Assembly: GCA_963575745.1 (NCBI GenBank)
Contig: CAUYUJ010000019.1
Location: 1-64,000 of the forward strand
Direction of reading: 5' to 3'
DNA length: 64,000 nucleotides
From: Prorocentrum cordatum
Taxonomy: Eukaryota
The translations under genes were made by a program, and so were the position numbers. The notes under the pieces were generated by a model. The model was given only the letters and a program-made list of their open reading frames with translations, was not told the DNA's origin and ran no database searches. This document shows, one piece after another, positions 61,928-64,000 of the stretch. The stretch's first letter is position 1. The number at the start of each line of letters is the position of its first letter.

Positions 61928-61940
61928 TGGTAGCAGGAGC
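61928..61940 (+). promoter_or_regulatory. Primer-binding site, initiator tRNA-Met-like
   Basis: TGGTAGCAGGAGC directly after the LTR CA. Resembles the canonical iMet PBS TGGTA(T/G)CAGAG. Confidence 0.7.
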
Positions 61941-62282
61941 TGAGACCGATCCACGTTCGGGCAGGCTCACGCGCGGGCAGAGGCGCAGCAAGTCTGCCCA
62001 GCTACGACGCCAGCTCCGTGGCGTCGAACGGCGCGGAGGCGCGCTGGCCGGATCGGGCTCTGAGGGCGCTGGAAGTGCGGGTAGCCCCGCCTCCGCGCGC
62101 CTCGAGCCCGAGGCGCAGTCAGAGCGCGTGGGACGTGCGGGTAGCTCCGCCTCCACGCAGCTCAAACCAGAGTGCGCGGGTAGCACCGTCACTCAGGAGC
62201 CCAAGAACGAGCTCGAGTCCGAGACCGAGCCCAAGACTAAGATTAGGAAGGTGTTCATCGATTGGAACGACCTTTAGGAAAC

Positions 62283-63932
62283 ATGGAGCAGCTACAGCAA
62301 CAAAACCAACAGCTTACCGCACAACTACAACAGCAAGCAGCAACGATGCAGCATATGCAGCAGCAGATGACTGAGATGCAGGTCCAGCTGAAGTCCACGA
62401 CCGCGGCTTCGTCCAGGGACCCTCAGCCGACCCTCGCGGTGGACACCCGCGTGATCGGCAAGCCTAGGGAGTTCGACGGAGAGAAGGATTGGAAATATTG
62501 GTCTATCGTCATGCGGTCGTATGCCGCATGCTGCCACGAGCAGCTTGGGACGTTGATGAGAACGGCGGAGCTCTCTGAGGACCGCGTGGACAACGTGCAC
62601 CTTTCTCCAGCAGACCGTCAGTTCAGCACCCAGCTGTTCTACATGCTGGTGATGGTGTGCCGTGGCTCTGCCCTCACGCGGGTGGTCAACCAAGGCGCCA
62701 CTGAGGGCCTCTTGGCGTGGGGGGCGCTCTGCCAGCACCACGAGCCGTCAAGTGCGGCTCGCCATGCCAGCTTACTTTTGGACCTCTTATCCTTCAACTT
62801 CGATGGTGACACCACTGCCAGGTTGGAACAGTTTGAGCGCGACGTCCACCGGTACGAGTTGTCATCTAGCTTGTTGCTCGACGACGCCATCAAGGTTGGC
62901 ATCGTCCTCCGGCAGCTGCCAGACGGAGCATTGAAGCAGCACCTGGTCTTGAACATGGACCGGTTCGACACCTGGACGAAGATCCGCACTGAGATTGAGG
63001 CAGTGCGCCGGGCTCAGCAGGCTGCGAGCCATGGCGCTCGCCCGATGGACGTCGACACTCTGGCGCTGCTGAGGCAGGTCCCCGAGGACGAGCTGACGAC
63101 GCAGCTGGCCGCGATGGGGTTCCAGGTGAAGGGCAAGGGCAAGACAGGTGGAGGCAAGGGGAGAGACAAAGCTCCAACGACCAATTGCCCCATCTGCGAC
63201 AAGCCAGGCCACTGGAAGAAGGACTGCTGGTGCAACCCGGCCAACAAGGGGGCAGGGTCCGGCAAAGGAGCGCCACCTAAGGGCGGCAAGGGCAACGACG
63301 CGAAGGACAAGTCCAAGGCGAACAACACCAAGAAGACATGTTGGAAATGCGGTGAGACGGGCCACCTTCGAGAAGAGTGCAAGATACCAAAGAAGGTGCA
63401 CTCGATCGAAGTGGTCGTGGACGACCAGGGCGGATCCCTAGGACACCTCTTCCTGCTGCATTCGGCCGTGAACCTCGCGGGCGTCTCGTCCGAAAAGGGC
63501 CGCACGATGCGCGTTGGCATCGACTCCGGTGCTGCTGTGACGGCCGTGCCGGATTGTCACTGCAAAGGGTACCCGCTGTACAAGAATACGCCCGGCACCG
63601 GCAGGTCCTACGAGAGCGCCGCCGGGGAGAAGATCCTGGATCGAGGTGAGCGGCGTCTACTCTGTCGTGCGGACGGTCGTTTACGAGGACTGCGAGCGCG
63701 CGCATGCAAGGTGAAGAAGCCCTTGCTGAGCGTGTGCGACATGTGCAAGGCAGGACAGATGGTGGTCTTCGACTTTGACTCCAATGGCAACGACAGGAGC
63801 CATGCCATCCACAAGGCGACCGGCGAGAAGACCAACTTTCAGCTCAGGAACAGGGTGTGGGAGTTGGATCTGGAGGTCGTGCCGCACGACCAGGCAGAGA
63901 AGATCGCCACCAAGATCTTGGACGACCAGTAG
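62283..63932 (+). CDS. gag: Gag (two CCHC zinc knuckles) + aspartic protease
   Basis: CPICDKPGHWKKDC and CWKCGETGHLREEC. PMDVD motif. Protease IDSGAAVT. The TAG at 63930 sits in a CAG run and the frame continues to TAA 63990-63992. Confidence 0.9.
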   Translation: MEQLQQQNQQLTAQLQQQAATMQHMQQQMTEMQVQLKSTTAASSRDPQPTLAVDTRVIGKPREFDGEKDWKYWSIVMRSYAACCHEQLGTLMRTAELSEDRVDNVHLSPADRQFSTQLFYMLVMVCRGSALTRVVNQGATEGLLAWGALCQHHEPSSAARHASLLLDLLSFNFDGDTTARLEQFERDVHRYELSSSLLLDDAIKVGIVLRQLPDGALKQHLVLNMDRFDTWTKIRTEIEAVRRAQQAASHGARPMDVDTLALLRQVPEDELTTQLAAMGFQVKGKGKTGGGKGRDKAPTTNCPICDKPGHWKKDCWCNPANKGAGSGKGAPPKGGKGNDAKDKSKANNTKKTCWKCGETGHLREECKIPKKVHSIEVVVDDQGGSLGHLFLLHSAVNLAGVSSEKGRTMRVGIDSGAAVTAVPDCHCKGYPLYKNTPGTGRSYESAAGEKILDRGERRLLCRADGRLRGLRARACKVKKPLLSVCDMCKAGQMVVFDFDSNGNDRSHAIHKATGEKTNFQLRNRVWELDLEVVPHDQAEKIATKILDDQ

Positions 63933-64000
63933 CAGCAGTCCAAGAAGTTGCAGGATTTGTGCCCTTTCGAGGGGCAGGTCCTGTGGCCGTAAGTCCAACT

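Larger units (their letters stand above)
61828..64000 (+). mobile_element. 5' part of an LTR retrotransposon (probably Ty1/copia-type; pol not in window)
   Basis: Abrupt switch from monomer sequence to a TGA...TCA-bounded segment, followed by a PBS and a gag-protease ORF. Confidence 0.85.

Noticed and set aside
62325..63998. Antisense and alternate-frame ORFs over gag and over LINE ORF1/ORF2
   Set aside because: Expected shadows of GC-rich coding sequence, with no motifs.
1..64000. Autonomous Rep/helicase gene, tRNA or rRNA genes, host exons
   Set aside because: No HUH or PIF1 helicase motifs in any ORF and no recognisable structural RNA genes. The Helentron call rests on terminal structure only.

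Overview
Eukaryotic, transposon-only window with no host genes. It is probably dinoflagellate DNA, inferred from a relic of the dinoflagellate spliced leader and the retroelement types. About 80% is a same-strand cluster of roughly 55 nested, non-autonomous Helitron2/Helentron-like elements in three related families (A, B, C). They have asymmetric subterminal inverted repeats, 5' and 3' hairpins and internal 178-bp tandem monomers, and they insert before a T without target-site duplication. Four retroelement pieces are embedded. (i) A full-length 6-kb LINE (32616-38628) sits in the 3' hairpin of a host element. It begins with TGGCTCAAG (3' end of the spliced leader), has ORF1 and ORF2 in one frame separated by TGA-CGG plus a stem-loop, and encodes an APE endonuclease, an RT with a WADN motif and an RNase H whose catalytic motifs appear circularly permuted. 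(ii) A related 2.1-kb non-autonomous derivative sits at the same hairpin position of another host copy. (iii) A rearranged RNase H fragment is flanked by a 10-bp direct repeat. (iv) The 5' end of an LTR retrotransposon (100-bp LTR, PBS, gag-protease) runs off the right edge. The best candidate for a new system is a hairpin-targeting LINE family that parasitises the Helentron-like array. All calls are from visual reading; no searches were run.
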